DNA of 64,000 nt from Antedon mediterranea (Eukaryota; Animalia; Echinodermata), in assembly GCF_964355755.1 (NCBI RefSeq), contig NC_092672.1, positions 28,836,437 to 28,900,436 of the forward strand, written 5' to 3'. The position numbers were made by a program, and so were the translations under genes. The stretch's first letter is position 1; the number at the start of each line of letters is the position of its first letter. Positions 61,683 to 64,000 of this stretch are shown here, in pieces. The notes beneath the pieces are model-generated. The model saw only the letters and a program-made list of their open reading frames with translations, had not been told where the DNA came from and did not search any database.

Positions 61683-62072
61683 CTACACTAAAAAGTTCTT
61701 CCTGCTCAAATTCATCTCCCTCTTCCTCATCATCGCTATCATCTCCATCAATTTCAAAAACATCTGTGTATGAAGAAGATTGTTACAGTTTTTGCACGAG
61801 CATAATTCTGTACAAGAGAATCCTAAGGATACACAGCATTTTTCATTTGCAACCCCTTCATTGCATTTTGACTTTTTACATGACCAGGATGACAATTCGA
61901 GAATGCTGTGTAGAGCAGGTTGCTTCTCCATCCAGTCAATTACGAGTTTATTATCGGCCATCTTCCACCCATTTCCAACAGGAGATGGAGCATTTTGTTG
62001 TTGAATAAAACTAGCTTTGTGAATTGAAGCTTGAGAATTGGCACGCTGAATATGTTTAAGTGTATAAGTTTT
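61683..62072 (-). pseudogene. Academ-like transposase C-terminal Cys-rich fragment
   Basis: HIQRANSQA..PSPVGNGWK..W...PA..ILELSSWSCKKSKC..CC..GFSCTELCSCKNCNN. Confidence 0.6.
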
Positions 62073-62715
62073 ATTCGATGTACACAAAGCCCATTGGAGA
62101 CATCGTTCGGCGACATGGACTCGGCTACCAGTTGTATGCGGACGATACGCAAATGTACGTTTCTTTTCGCCCAAATGACAAGTCAGAAATACAATCTGCT
62201 CTAATTTCGATGGAAAAATGTGTTTCAGATGTCAAGGTATGGATGACCCAAAACATACTGAAATTAAATGAAGGAAAAACGGAAGTGATACTCTTTTCGT
62301 CGCGGTACAATAAGACCAGTATAAATTTGGACGTGAATGTCTGAAACATAGTTCTAAAACCAACGTCGACTGTGAGAGACCTCGGAGTAATATTCGACAA
62401 ACATCTTACTATGGATTCACATGTACGTACAATCGATCTCGAGGCAGTGTTATATGCACTTACGTAACATCTCTCATATCCGACGTCATCTAACATATGA
62501 TGCCACGAAATCATTGATACAGTCGCTGGTGATCTCTCGTATGGACTATTGTAACGCCTTACTTTATGGTCTGCCGACTACAACTATTGATAAATTACAA
62601 AAAGTCCAGAATACGGCAGCGCGAATAATTACGAAAACCTGTAAATATGACCACATTACACCTATTTTAAAGGAGCTCCATTGGCTACCGGTGCAGGCAC
62701 GCATAAAGTATAAGT
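62073..62715 (+). mobile_element. Disrupted L2-group LINE RT fragment
   Basis: YQLYADDTQMY..WMTQNILKLNEGKTEV, then a stop and frameshift, then LVISRMDYCNALL..LQKVQNTAARII..HITPILKELHWLPV. Confidence 0.9.
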
Positions 62716-62719
62716 TACA

Positions 62720-63950
62720 ACTACCAAAAAAAAAGAAGGGAAGATAGGGGCTGGGGAAAATTTTTTATCGGAGGTCAAAGTTCATTGACCGTTGCCAAAT
62801 AGCTATAATTCTTGTATGAATCATATTTCGATGGTATCTAAGTAAAATTGGTGTCAAAATGTGCAGAATTAAAAAAAGGAATAACACTTAAAATAGAAGT
62901 CATGTCTTTGGATCAAATCTTGACCACTAAAAATTAGGTCAAAGGTCAAAAAGTCAAATTTTCTACATAAAATGGCATATAATTGATATTTCAGCAACAT
63001 ATAATGATATATTGATGTTAAAATATGCAGAAAAAAAGGAAGAAAACTTGGAACAAAAACAAACAACTTAAAAAATGAGGTCAAAGGTCAAAAGTATTTA
63101 TTTTATCATGAACATGCTATTATTAGTGATTGTTTTTTTTTTAAATTAACAAAAATCCCCAAAACATTAACTTTGACTTATTAAGGCGTACATGCTGTCA
63201 AAACGCACAGAATAAATGGGTCAAATTAAATTTGACAATGACCCTAAACCAAGTCTTGACCACCAAATACAAGGTCAAGATAATACTGATAATAACTTAC
63301 AGTAACTATCACCAAAACAAAATAAATTAATAATTATAGTGCTTCCTCTTCATCGTTGTCAATTAGTTCTTCTGCATCTGTGTTCTCCTTTCCATTCTCG
63401 CAATGTCCACTGCACACACCACATGCAGATACACATAACATGCCAGCTTTCATGCAGCTGCATCTCTCATGGTTTGGCATTTGCCTTTCGCCTTTCTTGC
63501 AACTGCAGCAGATTCCTTTGAGAAGGTTGTCTGGCGCAATACCACAAGAGAGCATCTTAGGTTTAAGTTTTCTGTTGAATTCTAATTCCCATCCTCTTCC
63601 TTTTGGTTCAAGAACCGAGGTGTTCAGATGCCTCCATATTCCAACTTGAAGATTGAAGATACAAGTTAGTACAGTCGATAGGTCTACGATAACACAGCAA
63701 AATCAAAATATCAGTGTCCTGGGCGACAACAACAACTGGGGAATTAACACCTACGACCAAATCCATTGCAGATCTAACAATCAGTGTGTCACCAGAAGGT
63801 TTCTCTGGACTTCAGTGTCACACTGGACCTGACTGTGTCATGTGATAGAGAAGTATTCCTGGCAAATGAGAAGAACAAAGGAGCCTTAATCACGATGACA
63901 TCTACAAAGATGGCAAGACAGCATATCACTGTACGCCAAGCACAGGATGA
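62720..63950. pseudogene. Second Academ-like transposase relic, rearranged
   Basis: - strand 63334-63650: GRGWEL..APDNLLKGICCSCKK..CSCMKAGMLCVSACGVC..CEN with a GGTCAAAGGTCA-rich flank. + strand ~63850-63950: FLANEKNKGALI..VRQAQD. Confidence 0.55.
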
Positions 63951-64000
63951 ATATTAAAGGGACACATGTGAATCAACAAAGTGTCCCCTGAATATAGCGA

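Overview
AT-rich, intron- and TE-dense animal DNA. A marine invertebrate, possibly an echinoderm, is my inference from the gene and TE types. The window holds (1) a complete condensin I subunit gene NCAPD2/CAP-D2 (+; 5' non-coding exon ending 33906, 29 coding exons 37446-60377, about 1452 aa by hand splicing); (2) a ~9 kb upstream partial duplicate of that gene (to ~9238), which keeps the E2F/CHR promoter, all splice sites and an open frame for 386 aa, then ends in an in-frame TAA followed by poly(A) signals at a TE junction; (3) between the two, on the - strand, a 4-coding-exon NLR immune receptor (tandem DED-NACHT-very short LRR, about 859 aa); (4) an apparently intact Sola2-type DNA transposon in an NCAPD2 intron; (5) many MITEs, Helitron/Helentron-type elements, LINE, SINE and Academ-like fragments. 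Most notable are the open-frame truncated CAP-D2 paralog beside an NLR, reciprocal TE insertions in intron 1 of the two copies, and G-U-rich sense-strand hairpin arrays in NCAPD2 introns. All splicing, counts and folding were done by eye, and no searches were run.
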